A stretch of DNA of 64,000 nucleotides from a virus (Duplodnaviria; Caudoviricetes): the IMG/VR virus record IMGVR_UViG_3300043442_000931, positions 5,574 through 69,573 of that record. One strand, given 5' to 3'. Within the stretch, counting starts at the first letter, position 1. The number at the start of each line of letters is the position of its first letter. The position numbers and the translations under genes were made by a program. Shown here piece by piece: positions 20,410-29,041 of the stretch. Under the pieces are notes generated by a model. The model was not told the origin of the DNA, made no database searches, and worked only from the letters and a program-made list of their open reading frames with translations.

Positions 20410-21648
20410 CTAGCGGTTTGCAGTCAGGGGTTGCTTCCAGGCATCCATCAGCGTTTGCCGATAGGAGGACACCGGGCTGGTGGCGGACTGGGAGGAAACG
20501 TTGGACAGCACAGCCTTCAGAGAGTCGGTGCTGTCGGCACGGGGCTCTTCGTCTGCCTGGGTGGGTTCGTTGGTGGTGTGGAGCGCAATAGCACCATCCA
20601 CCAGACCCTTCAGGTAGTCGTCAGCCATGTCGGTCGTTTCACGACCCTCAAACAGTTGCTGGAACGCTGCCTCATAGATTTCGCGCTCCGACAGACCGTC
20701 GAATTTGAATTCGTCGCCCACAACCGGCCAGACGTGCTGCATCAGCGCAATGCGCCGATTCACTGCCTCATCCAGAGAGGCTGCGTCAGTGCGCCCCTCC
20801 TCCAGATCGCGGACCTTCTGCTCCAGCTCGGCGATGTACTCGGACATCGCGTCGTTGCGACCGTTGGCGCTGTCGCGCTCGGTGGTCGTTTCGGCCAGCT
20901 CGGCTTGCAGGCTGTCGGTGCGGCCTTGCAGGGTTTGGATTTGGGATTCCAGCTCAGCGGAGCGGCGCTTGATGTCCATGAGATGGGACTGAACAGCGCC
21001 TGCAACGTCAGCGGGAAGCTCCACCTCCAGCCCATCCAGTTTGATGGTTGCCATCGGTTTAACCTCGTTCGGGGTTGCAATGTCAGAACCGCCCCATGCC
21101 ACGGCATCGGAGGCGTCCATACGATCCAGCAGCAGCCGTACCTCGGGGCCAGCACGACCCTGGGGGACGATGGCGATGTGGTTGACCCGGATATTCCGCT
21201 GGACCCCGTCATAGGCTTCACCCTGGGGGGTGACACCGGGAGTGGGGTCAAAGTCAACCCGATAACCAGCCGAGACCTCGGTGGCATCACGTCGCTCGAT
21301 GCGGCTGATGGCGGTTTCGTCGGTGATGGTCAGCGCCACCTCGACAAAACCATCTGTGTAGCGAACTTGGCTACCGCTATAGCCCACCTGAAACTGTTTG
21401 GTGTTCTTGGCATCCAGCAGGACGGGAGGGTGAGTCCACGTCACCGGCTTCATGCCAAAGGTTCCAAGCGAGTCGGGGCTGGCTACCTCGTCCTCGGGTC
21501 GATATTCGCGGACCTGGGTGCCGTCGGAGCGTCGATACACTTGCGTGCCGACCCGTGCCGCCCTGCACCAGACGCGCAGATAGCCCTCGTCAGTTTTTTC
21601 GAAACTGGCGATGGGCGAAAAATCGTACCGAAGCACAGATGAATCCAT
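20410..21648 (-). CDS. DUF2213 prohead protease / scaffold protein
   Basis: EGYL, ARVGTQVY, PVTWTHP, EVSAGY, QRNIRVNHIAIVPQGRAGPEVRL followed by a coiled-coil scaffold. Confidence 0.9.
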   Translation of the reverse strand: MDSSVLRYDFSPIASFEKTDEGYLRVWCRAARVGTQVYRRSDGTQVREYRPEDEVASPDSLGTFGMKPVTWTHPPVLLDAKNTKQFQVGYSGSQVRYTDGFVEVALTITDETAISRIERRDATEVSAGYRVDFDPTPGVTPQGEAYDGVQRNIRVNHIAIVPQGRAGPEVRLLLDRMDASDAVAWGGSDIATPNEVKPMATIKLDGLEVELPADVAGAVQSHLMDIKRRSAELESQIQTLQGRTDSLQAELAETTTERDSANGRNDAMSEYIAELEQKVRDLEEGRTDAASLDEAVNRRIALMQHVWPVVGDEFKFDGLSEREIYEAAFQQLFEGRETTDMADDYLKGLVDGAIALHTTNEPTQADEEPRADSTDSLKAVLSNVSSQSATSPVSSYRQTLMDAWKQPLTANR

Positions 21649-21715
21649 GCTTTCAAGTTATCAATTCAGCCCGCCAGAATTACTATTTAGCTAGGCGATG
21701 TGACTAGGTGGTCAG

Positions 21716-21931
21716 GTGATCTACGAAAGGCTTATGATAGCCAGCCGTCTGCGCGAGGCCCGACTCCGTCGAGGCTTTACCCAGACAGAGGTTGCGGGAC
21801 GTTGTTATATCTGCCCGCGCCAACTGATTCGCATCGAAAAAGGCCAGCGAGATGTACCCGCCAGCCTGCTGCTGGGTTTATGTAGGTTGTATGGTATAGC
21901 CCCCAACGAGATGCTGGATTGGGGAACCTAG
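21716..21931 (+). CDS. XRE-family HTH regulator, antisense to the late operon
   Basis: RLREARLRRGFTQTEVA...LIRIEKGQRDVP...LCRLYGI. Confidence 0.85.
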   Translation: MIYERLMIASRLREARLRRGFTQTEVAGRCYICPRQLIRIEKGQRDVPASLLLGLCRLYGIAPNEMLDWGT

Positions 21932-22260
21932 CCGTTGCGGTGGCCGTCGTCGCCCTGGACAGTTACATCCAGCTCATTGCGGATATAGCTGTTGGCGATG
22001 CTGATGGCTTCGAAGTTGGTGAAGTTGGCCTCGTCCGCCAGGAATTCGATGGGGGTGGTGCCCTGGTCGGTATCCTCCAGCAGGATGGCGGGGGCGACCT
22101 GTTGGCCGATCACCATCTGGCCTTCTGCGTCGTAGACAATGGTGAAACTGAGCCCCCAGGCGTCGTAACCGCGATGCTGACACCGCGCCAGGGTCTTCAG
22201 GGCTTTGTGGACATCCTCAGAGCCTGGGAGGACCAGGGTATCGTCATCTTCATTTGTCAT
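21928..22260 (-). CDS. Hypothetical acidic protein (candidate ART immunity)
   Basis: ATG MTNEDD at 22260 overlaps the upstream small ORF; lies downstream of the ART gene. Confidence 0.6.
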   Translation of the reverse strand: MTNEDDDTLVLPGSEDVHKALKTLARCQHRGYDAWGLSFTIVYDAEGQMVIGQQVAPAILLEDTDQGTTPIEFLADEANFTNFEAISIANSYIRNELDVTVQGDDGHRNG

Positions 22261-22408
22261 CTTTTGCCTGCCGGGGTCGCTTTGCGCGGAGCTTTGATGG
22301 CTGAAGGTCATCTGATTGGATGATATCCGCCACCTCGCCGTTTTCGTCCAGTATTTCGAAGTACAACGAACCCATGCGCTTCTGTAGGGGGGTGCTGGGC
22401 TGGCGCAT
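22250..22408 (-). CDS. Small hypothetical protein (52 aa, not in the ORF track)
   Basis: MRQPSTPLQKRMGSLYFEILDENGEVADIIQSDDLQPSKLRAKRPRQAKDDK; starts 2 nt after the ART stop. Confidence 0.45.
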   Translation of the reverse strand: MRQPSTPLQKRMGSLYFEILDENGEVADIIQSDDLQPSKLRAKRPRQAKDDK

Positions 22409-22410
22409 GA

Positions 22411-23448
22411 TTAAGCATCCTCCAGGGAAATTGTGAATAGTCTGTGGCCGTCCTCTCTGGAGATATCAATCGACGTAATACGTTGCTTAGTCCCGCGTGG
22501 CAATATTCTTTCTGCTTCAGTATCACCAAAGACAGAGTATTTCGTAACATCCGTTAACTTAGGGCTTCGTGTACGGAAACGTACAAGAACATCATTCGGA
22601 CTATCAACTAACTCTTTACCCGAAAATACTTTGGCGACTGATTCTTTGGCGCTATACGAGCTGTAAGCGGGATCTCGCAAAACTGTACCTACTTTTAATT
22701 TATCCAAAGACTGGGCAAAGGGTGAATCTGCTGGAAATATAGCACCACGCCAGTGTTCATCCTGCTGAGTATTCTTCGGCAGTAGCGCCAGGGCACGGTC
22801 TATGCCGTCAACATATTTTGCAACTTGTTTCTTATTGCACCGCTCACTATAATTTTTGCGCAAGCAGCCATTTATCATTTCGTACTTAGCAAGTGTATAG
22901 GTCAGCAGAGCTTCGGTTGTTTCTTTGTCCTGAAGAATCTCAGACCTAGCCAAACGTTCTTGAACCTTTTTGTTGGTTAAATCCTCATATTGCTGGCTGG
23001 CTTGCTTCAGCATGATGGCAACTGCTTCTTGAGCTGATTGCTCCTTGGCTTTAAACTGCTGCGACAAGGTGGCGCGTTCACCTTCGCGCTCTCTAATCCG
23101 GGCTTCCAGCTCGCGTGCTTGATTCCGATAGGTCTGTCTGACCGATCTGACACCTTGAACGCCTCCAGCCAGTAGCCCTACACCTAAAGCCCCAGCAGCC
23201 AAGGCAGCTTTCTTTTGAAAAGTGCCACTTTTTGATGTAAGTCCTACGATGCCCGCAGTCCCAAGCAGCGCAACTCCAGCCACACCGGCTTTAAGTGAGT
23301 TTTCTAACTTGCCGGTAAGACAATCTTTTTCATTGGGTATGCAAGCACCCCCGCAAGGCTTATTGCCGGGGTTGCATTTCGGCTTCTTACTATCCAACTT
23401 AACAAGTTGGGGTTGGAAGCCTTGAGCCCAAACGTTAGTTGCTTGCAT
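22411..23448 (-). CDS. ADP-ribosyltransferase (VIP2/ExoS-like R-S-E clade) with N-terminal WAQGF and Cys-rich tag
   Basis: Catalytic motifs HWRGAI (R), AYSSYS (S), TEAERILPRG (ExE); YT...Y..INGCLR subdomain. Confidence 0.85.
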   Translation of the reverse strand: MQATNVWAQGFQPQLVKLDSKKPKCNPGNKPCGGACIPNEKDCLTGKLENSLKAGVAGVALLGTAGIVGLTSKSGTFQKKAALAAGALGVGLLAGGVQGVRSVRQTYRNQARELEARIREREGERATLSQQFKAKEQSAQEAVAIMLKQASQQYEDLTNKKVQERLARSEILQDKETTEALLTYTLAKYEMINGCLRKNYSERCNKKQVAKYVDGIDRALALLPKNTQQDEHWRGAIFPADSPFAQSLDKLKVGTVLRDPAYSSYSAKESVAKVFSGKELVDSPNDVLVRFRTRSPKLTDVTKYSVFGDTEAERILPRGTKQRITSIDISREDGHRLFTISLEDA

Positions 23449-23451
23449 ATG

Positions 23452-23958
23452 TCAACCCCGCAGCGCTTGGTTGACCAGCGCACCTGTACCCATAACACTG
23501 TTTTGCGAGGCGCGTTGGAACCGGGTTCTACGCAGTTTTCCTTCAGGAGTGCGTCGCGTCAGATTCTTGCGCCCCTCTTGTAGCCCCATCCCAAACGCCA
23601 CTCCAGGCAGCACGTCGGGATAGCCCAGCGCACTCTTGACCTGGGAGCCTGCTTCGCGAGATTGACCCGCAGACAGCCCGAGATTGTATGATCCTCGCGC
23701 CATCAAGCCGGTCCCAGCCACCCCCAGAGCGGCTGCGCCCAGGGTGTTGCCCTTTGATAGTTGGTGGATAGCTCCACCAACAGCAGCGACCCCTAACGCC
23801 TTCTGGGCGAGGCCGACCTTGCCACGCCCGATATAGCACTTCATGTGGTTGGCGATGCAGCGGCGACCGCAGGGTTTATTTCCTGGGCCGCACTTGGGGG
23901 CGCTTTTGGGAAAGGGTTTGGGGTCGAAGCCGTCTGCCCAAATCTGGGGGGTTTGCAT
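23452..23958 (-). CDS. Motif-tagged putative head cargo / ejection protein
   Basis: IWADGFDP, KCGPGNKPCGRRCIANHMKC, Gly/Ala hydrophobic segments; paralogous to the upstream gene; start approximate. Confidence 0.65.
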   Translation of the reverse strand: MQTPQIWADGFDPKPFPKSAPKCGPGNKPCGRRCIANHMKCYIGRGKVGLAQKALGVAAVGGAIHQLSKGNTLGAAALGVAGTGLMARGSYNLGLSAGQSREAGSQVKSALGYPDVLPGVAFGMGLQEGRKNLTRRTPEGKLRRTRFQRASQNSVMGTGALVNQALRG

Positions 23959-23974
23959 AGTGCCACTTCCAGTC

Positions 23975-24649
23975 TTAGTACGCTTGGGGTTTGATGCGTC
24001 CATTAACGAGGCGCGGATCAATTAGCCCTGCTTCAGCCCAGCCCTGACGTTTTCTTAGAACTGCACCCATTTTGGCGCGATATGCGGGATCTCCCTTGCG
24101 CCGACGACTGGATGCCAGAGTTGCTGTTGGTGGTTGTTTGGCATTCTCATAGGCAGTTCCAGCAACCGCTTGCTTGTAGGATTCGTCGGGGTATGGCAGA
24201 CGAGGACCAGCAACGGCAGCGGGTCTGATTGTTTTGCGTGCATTGGCTTCACCCAGCGCATAGGCACCAATATGAGCCATTGCGCTGGAGTTATTTTCGG
24301 GCAGCATACCCGTGCCCAGCATTGCTTTAGCAACGTAGCCTTTGCCAACACTGTGCCCGGCAGAGCGGCCCAGGTTGTACTGACCTCTCAGGTTCAAGCC
24401 CAACCCAGCCGCTGCCAGCCCCAAGCCCAACGCAGTGTTGCCCTTGTAGGCAGCGTAAGCACCACCCAGTAGAGCTGCATTACCCGCAACAGCTTGAGCT
24501 AGGCCAACTTTGCCTTTACCGATGTGGCACTCAGCATTCTGGGCAATGCAAATCTTGCCGCAGTTCTTGGTGCCGGGGCCGCATTGCGCTGCGGCGCGAT
24601 CCGTGCGGGGCTCAAACCCCTGTGCCCAGAAGCTCATTGCCAGTGCCAC
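23975..24649 (-). CDS. Motif-tagged putative head cargo / ejection protein
   Basis: FWAQGFEPRTD, QCGPGTKNCGKICIAQNAEC, GKGKVGLAQ shared with the neighbouring gene. Confidence 0.65.
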   Translation of the reverse strand: MALAMSFWAQGFEPRTDRAAAQCGPGTKNCGKICIAQNAECHIGKGKVGLAQAVAGNAALLGGAYAAYKGNTALGLGLAAAGLGLNLRGQYNLGRSAGHSVGKGYVAKAMLGTGMLPENNSSAMAHIGAYALGEANARKTIRPAAVAGPRLPYPDESYKQAVAGTAYENAKQPPTATLASSRRRKGDPAYRAKMGAVLRKRQGWAEAGLIDPRLVNGRIKPQAY

Positions 24650-24796
24650 CTAGTAGGGTTTGAAGCCGTCGGCCCAGATGCTGTCGTCGCGGTCCGGTTC
24701 CTGACAGCTACAACCGCCCGCTTTGTCCATCATCTTGCAGTTGCCTGACTTGTCCATGTGCTTACAGCCGTCGCACTTTTTGTTGGGCTTTTTCAT
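24650..24796 (-). CDS. 48 aa Cys-rich peptide ending in WADGF (not in the ORF track)
   Basis: MKKPNKKCDGCKHMDKSGNCKMMDKAGGCSCQEPDRDDSIWADGFKPY. Confidence 0.65.
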   Translation of the reverse strand: MKKPNKKCDGCKHMDKSGNCKMMDKAGGCSCQEPDRDDSIWADGFKPY

Positions 24797-24822
24797 ATCG
24801 CCAGCTCCATTCCAAATCAAGT

Positions 24823-25692
24823 CTAGTTCGGGTCAATCGGTATCGGAACCTGTTGTTCGAAGGGGGCGGGTCCGGTTTCGGCAGCTTGCCCCGTCGCACT
24901 AAACGCAGATTGGGTTTGGCGGCGATGTTTCGCCCGCAAGCTGTCCAATTGGTCACTCATATCTGGGTTGTAGGGGGCCAGATAACAGCGGCAATTCGGG
25001 TGGATGGGGACGATGATGTCGGCCCGGCGATACAATCGACCCGCTCGGGGCGCACAGAACGCACAGGTTCGATCATCCACCGTCGCATAATAGATGACCG
25101 TGTCGATCCCGTTCTGGCGATAGAACTCGTCGGCAGCAGCGTTGGATGCCTTCAGGGACTCGGTGCGGGCAATAGTGGCAGCTCGGGCTTTGGGAATCGC
25201 CAACGCTTTGCGTAGGTCGCTGGTCATCTCGGGGATGGACTTGCCCTGGGCCAAACCGTTTTGCAGGATGAAGCTGGCGGCGGATGCAAAGGCTTCGCCG
25301 TGCTTCGCCAAATATTTGCGGGCATCCCGCGCAGCCATATAGACCGACTCCAGCGGCACCGACGCCAGCTTGGTCTGGAGGCGGGCTTCCTGGGCGGTTT
25401 CCTGGGCTAGCTCCACTCCCATCTCGCTGGAATAGGTCAGCAGGGAGCGGTACATGCGCTCGTACTTGTCCTGTTTGGCGGGGACGATGGCAGGCAGCAG
25501 CGTCCTGAGTTCTGCCAGTAGCTGCCCCTGAACCAGGGCGGAGCTGAACGCGCCCCTGCCCAGCTTGCGACGGACGCGCCCCATCAGTTCGATGAACGCC
25601 ACCTCCAGGGCGCGATTCATCTGTTGGATGGTGGTGTCCTCGCGGCGGCGCAGGAGCGCGTTGTACCGCTCTACCAGGGAATCAAGCGACAT
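24823..25692 (-). CDS. MuF / SPP1 gp7-like minor head protein (short form, no fused toxin)
   Basis: ARAATIARTE, DDRTCAFC, PIHPNCRC. Confidence 0.92.
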   Translation of the reverse strand: MSLDSLVERYNALLRRREDTTIQQMNRALEVAFIELMGRVRRKLGRGAFSSALVQGQLLAELRTLLPAIVPAKQDKYERMYRSLLTYSSEMGVELAQETAQEARLQTKLASVPLESVYMAARDARKYLAKHGEAFASAASFILQNGLAQGKSIPEMTSDLRKALAIPKARAATIARTESLKASNAAADEFYRQNGIDTVIYYATVDDRTCAFCAPRAGRLYRRADIIVPIHPNCRCYLAPYNPDMSDQLDSLRAKHRRQTQSAFSATGQAAETGPAPFEQQVPIPIDPN

Positions 25693-28600
25693 GCGCCCAA
25701 GTCCGTTTCAGGTCCACCGAGTCCTTACGTCCATACCCCAAGGCAACCCCCAGGCGCTGGGATTCTGTACTGGACAGAACGCGAGGCTTGCCTCCGACGT
25801 TTATTGCCCACATCCTTCCTGATGGGTCATTTTCCAAAGTGCCAAAGCCAAACTTTTCATAGATACGGGCACGAGTGGCACCCTTGCCGTCATCCTTGAA
25901 AGGGGTGTTGGTTACCAGAGCGCCATCCGGTAATTCGCTCATCTGCTGATCAAACAGCTTGTTTACCTGTTTGGCGATTTGCAGTGTTTCCTTGCGATTA
26001 GCGCCCCCGGATTTGGAGGCATCTACCGTATGGTTAACGCTGAACAGCATTTCATAAGCTGGATGATTCAGCCGCTTTTGCATGCTCTCGTCGGGACGGC
26101 TACCAAAAACCACCACTTTGGTTCCGACCGAAGTCATCCCCACCATGCTGCCGTCCTGCATCTTATAGGTGAACAGGTTATTCTCGGCATCGACCTTAAC
26201 GCTGTCAATAGGGACCGCATCCATCGCGAGCGCCCACCGAGTGAGTGCCACTTTGCTTTTACCTACCAGATTTCGGGCTTGCTCCCGCATCCCCTCGGGC
26301 AATTTATTGTCTATCAGTTGATTTAGCTGTTGGTCGTTTTCGGCTGCCTTGGTATTTAATTCCTGCAATCGTGTAACCATGAACTCGCGAAACTTTGGGT
26401 CTTGGATTTTGTCCGCTGCCCATGCAGCACCTCCAACCGCCAGACCAATTGAAGCCACGACAGCTCCAGTTTTGAAGATGGTGGAAGCATTGTTGGATTC
26501 GGTTTCCGGTTTGGCCTGGGCAGGCGTGGGTTCAGAGTCCTTCGGGGGTTTTGTGTTGGTTTCGGTTTCCTTGGAGCACTTGGCATTGTCGGGGATGCCG
26601 GAGTTGCCGCACTTCTTGTCGGTACGCTGCTGGCTGTCTCCCCGCTGTTTAGGTAGCTGGGCATGCCGCTCCTTCAGGAACCCATAGGCCGCTGCGGCAG
26701 TTCCACCCTGATAGCCACGGGCGCGGGCCAACGCCAGGATGACCCGCTCCCGCTGCTGGCCTTCGGCTTGGCGGTTGGCGCGAGGGGCTTTCGGGTCCAG
26801 CGAGGTCAGCCCCTGGATGAAACGGTTCAGCCCGGCCAGCTCGGCCTTAGCGCCGGTATTAGCCTGGGTGAGCTGGTTCTCCAGCTCCTGGCGACGCTGG
26901 GAAGCGGGGCGGCGTCCGATCTGATAGCGGTTGTACATGGATAGCGCCACCGCTTTACGGAACACATCGTTGGTGCGCTCCTCGATGGTGTTGGTCCTGG
27001 GGTTGAATCGCTCCAACGTTTTGCGGGGGACCAGTGCCTCGAAATCAGATAATTTCAGGGCATCGGGGTCTTTCCCCAGACGGGCCATCCGAGATCCCAG
27101 GTCGTCAGCGAAGCCGCGAGTTGCCCGATCAGCAATATCAATCAACGACTCTTTCGACAGGTCGGCGTGTTTGATGTCGCCTGCGTATTCGCGGGCGAAG
27201 CGCCGCTGGCCCAGCGACTCACTGGCGACGGTGCTGGGATTGGTCGCCAGGATTGCGGACTGCTTCAGCCAGCCACCGAAGTCGTTGGCATAGTCGTTAT
27301 CGACCGCACGCTGGCGCTGGGCGTACCACTTGGTGTTCTCGTTGGACGCCAGAGCACCACCGACCGTTGCAACCGACCGCAGACCGGGGCCGCGCAGCCC
27401 CGCTGTGGCCTGCTGGGCCATGCCACCCAGTTGGGAGCGCACTTGGCTTTCCTGGCGGGCCATGCGGGCCTCAAAGGGGTCCGTCAGGGGCCGCAGGGCT
27501 GCACCTGCCATCTTCTGGATGCCTGAGAAAGCGTCCTGCTCGGCCACATCCAGTGCCCGCTTGAAGCCGGGGTTGATAGCACCACCGGCATTCTTGAATG
27601 CCGCCCAGGCAGCGACCACCCCAGAGCCGATCACGGACGCTCGGACCATGAAGTTGGTGGCCTTGGCCATGCCTTGCCACACCCCCTCACCCAGAAAGGG
27701 CAGGGCTTGGCGGGACTGGGCTTCGAAGGCAGCGGCGGCATTGGCCATTGCCATTGGCTTTTTGGGATCGGTCACCGGCAGGCCCAGCGCCTGCCCCAGG
27801 GCCTCGGCGTTCTTCAGTGCCTGGGGTACAGCCTCCAGTTGGGCAGTCACCCGCTCCAGCTTCTTGGCCCCTTCGTGGCACTCGTGGTCTTTGGGGATGC
27901 AAGTGCCACCGCAGAGCTTGGAGACCGCTGGGTTGCACTCGACTTTGCGTTGGGAGTATTGGCGGGGTTGGGCGACCATCTGGCCGCTGCTGCCCATCGC
28001 AGGACGTTGGCTCTGACTGGGCTGTTGGGTAGCTCCACTCAGGGAGGGGCCTGCGCGTAGCTGGCGAACCTTTGCCAAGTTGGCTGACACCTGCTGACGG
28101 AGCTGCGGGTCCACCGAAGACAGCGACGCTTCGATTTCACCCTCGGTGATGCGGGGCGGCAGAGACGGGTTGTTGGACTCGCGACGGCGACGGTTGGCGT
28201 ACTCGCCAATGGCCTGATGGTCCGAGCCCATCCGTTGAAGCTCCTCGGGGTTGGGTCGGGTCCGATAGTTCTGTTGGGAGGTGGGGCTGGATTGGGGTTG
28301 AGTCGGTGCCAGACCACGACGGCGCTGGTCGTGTTCCTTGAAGTAGCGATCGCCACCATCGGCATCCAGCAAGCCTTTGGCATCCTCATCCCAGGCTTTC
28401 TGGGCAGCAGCGTGACCCTGGAGCTGACGCAGCCGATTCAGATAGGAGGTCGTCTGGTCGGCATTCAGTGACTCATTACCAGCCAGCTTCTGGCGATAGC
28501 GATTGACCTGTTCTTCGGCTTTGGCCCGCTTGGCATCATCCAGCGGTTCGGGGGCGTCCGCCGGACTGACGGTACTGGGTTGACTGAGCTTGGGGGCAGC

Positions 28601-29041
28601 AGAGGAGATCGTCAAACCGCTACGCAACGGAATCGTGGTGACCGGCTTCTTGGTTTCGGTTGCGGCAATGGCAGCGTTGACATCGTTTGGATTGGTAGAA
28701 ACACCAAAAGGGTCACGCGCCAGATTGGAGGGTTTCTTGCCGACCCGCAGACGATCAACGTTATTCGAGATCGCCTCCTCGATGGTGTCATCTAGGTCAT
28801 CCGGCTCCCATTGGGGGCTTTCAAAGATTTCGTTGTTGCGCTTCTTGGCCCGGCGGTACACTTCATCCCGTAACTGCTGGAGTTCATCGGAACCCAAACG
28901 GATCTTCTCTTCTCGGAGATAGTCGTCGATCCAACCGTCCACGTAGTCACGAAGCTCGGCTTCGCTCTCAAAGAAGTCCAGTCGCAGCGTCCCTGCAATG
29001 CGCAGTGCCTGGAGTGCAATGTCTTTCGTAATCGCCTGCAT
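25682..29041 (-). CDS. Large multidomain hypothetical protein (putative ejection / polyvalent protein) with two Cys-rich tags
   Basis: 1119 aa between portal and MuF; ECNPAVSKLCGGTCIPKDHEC and RTDKKCGNSGIPDNAKC; hydrophobic Gly/Ala helices. Confidence 0.65.
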   Translation of the reverse strand: MQAITKDIALQALRIAGTLRLDFFESEAELRDYVDGWIDDYLREEKIRLGSDELQQLRDEVYRRAKKRNNEIFESPQWEPDDLDDTIEEAISNNVDRLRVGKKPSNLARDPFGVSTNPNDVNAAIAATETKKPVTTIPLRSGLTISSAAPKLSQPSTVSPADAPEPLDDAKRAKAEEQVNRYRQKLAGNESLNADQTTSYLNRLRQLQGHAAAQKAWDEDAKGLLDADGGDRYFKEHDQRRRGLAPTQPQSSPTSQQNYRTRPNPEELQRMGSDHQAIGEYANRRRRESNNPSLPPRITEGEIEASLSSVDPQLRQQVSANLAKVRQLRAGPSLSGATQQPSQSQRPAMGSSGQMVAQPRQYSQRKVECNPAVSKLCGGTCIPKDHECHEGAKKLERVTAQLEAVPQALKNAEALGQALGLPVTDPKKPMAMANAAAAFEAQSRQALPFLGEGVWQGMAKATNFMVRASVIGSGVVAAWAAFKNAGGAINPGFKRALDVAEQDAFSGIQKMAGAALRPLTDPFEARMARQESQVRSQLGGMAQQATAGLRGPGLRSVATVGGALASNENTKWYAQRQRAVDNDYANDFGGWLKQSAILATNPSTVASESLGQRRFAREYAGDIKHADLSKESLIDIADRATRGFADDLGSRMARLGKDPDALKLSDFEALVPRKTLERFNPRTNTIEERTNDVFRKAVALSMYNRYQIGRRPASQRRQELENQLTQANTGAKAELAGLNRFIQGLTSLDPKAPRANRQAEGQQRERVILALARARGYQGGTAAAAYGFLKERHAQLPKQRGDSQQRTDKKCGNSGIPDNAKCSKETETNTKPPKDSEPTPAQAKPETESNNASTIFKTGAVVASIGLAVGGAAWAADKIQDPKFREFMVTRLQELNTKAAENDQQLNQLIDNKLPEGMREQARNLVGKSKVALTRWALAMDAVPIDSVKVDAENNLFTYKMQDGSMVGMTSVGTKVVVFGSRPDESMQKRLNHPAYEMLFSVNHTVDASKSGGANRKETLQIAKQVNKLFDQQMSELPDGALVTNTPFKDDGKGATRARIYEKFGFGTLENDPSGRMWAINVGGKPRVLSSTESQRLGVALGYGRKDSVDLKRTWAHVA

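Noticed and set aside
18928-21642. Long plus-strand ORFs antisense to capsid, DUF2213, portal and DUF932 genes (e.g. 18928..19794, 20359..21642, 29269..30255, 32815..33462)
   Set aside because: Shadow ORFs from GC-rich codon bias opposite well-supported genes; no recognisable motifs
24647-24652. Stop-codon readthrough fusing the 48-aa peptide to the next cargo gene (TAG directly followed in frame by GTG)
   Set aside because: The in-frame adjacency may be coincidental, there is no readthrough context, and an ATG 12 nt downstream can explain initiation
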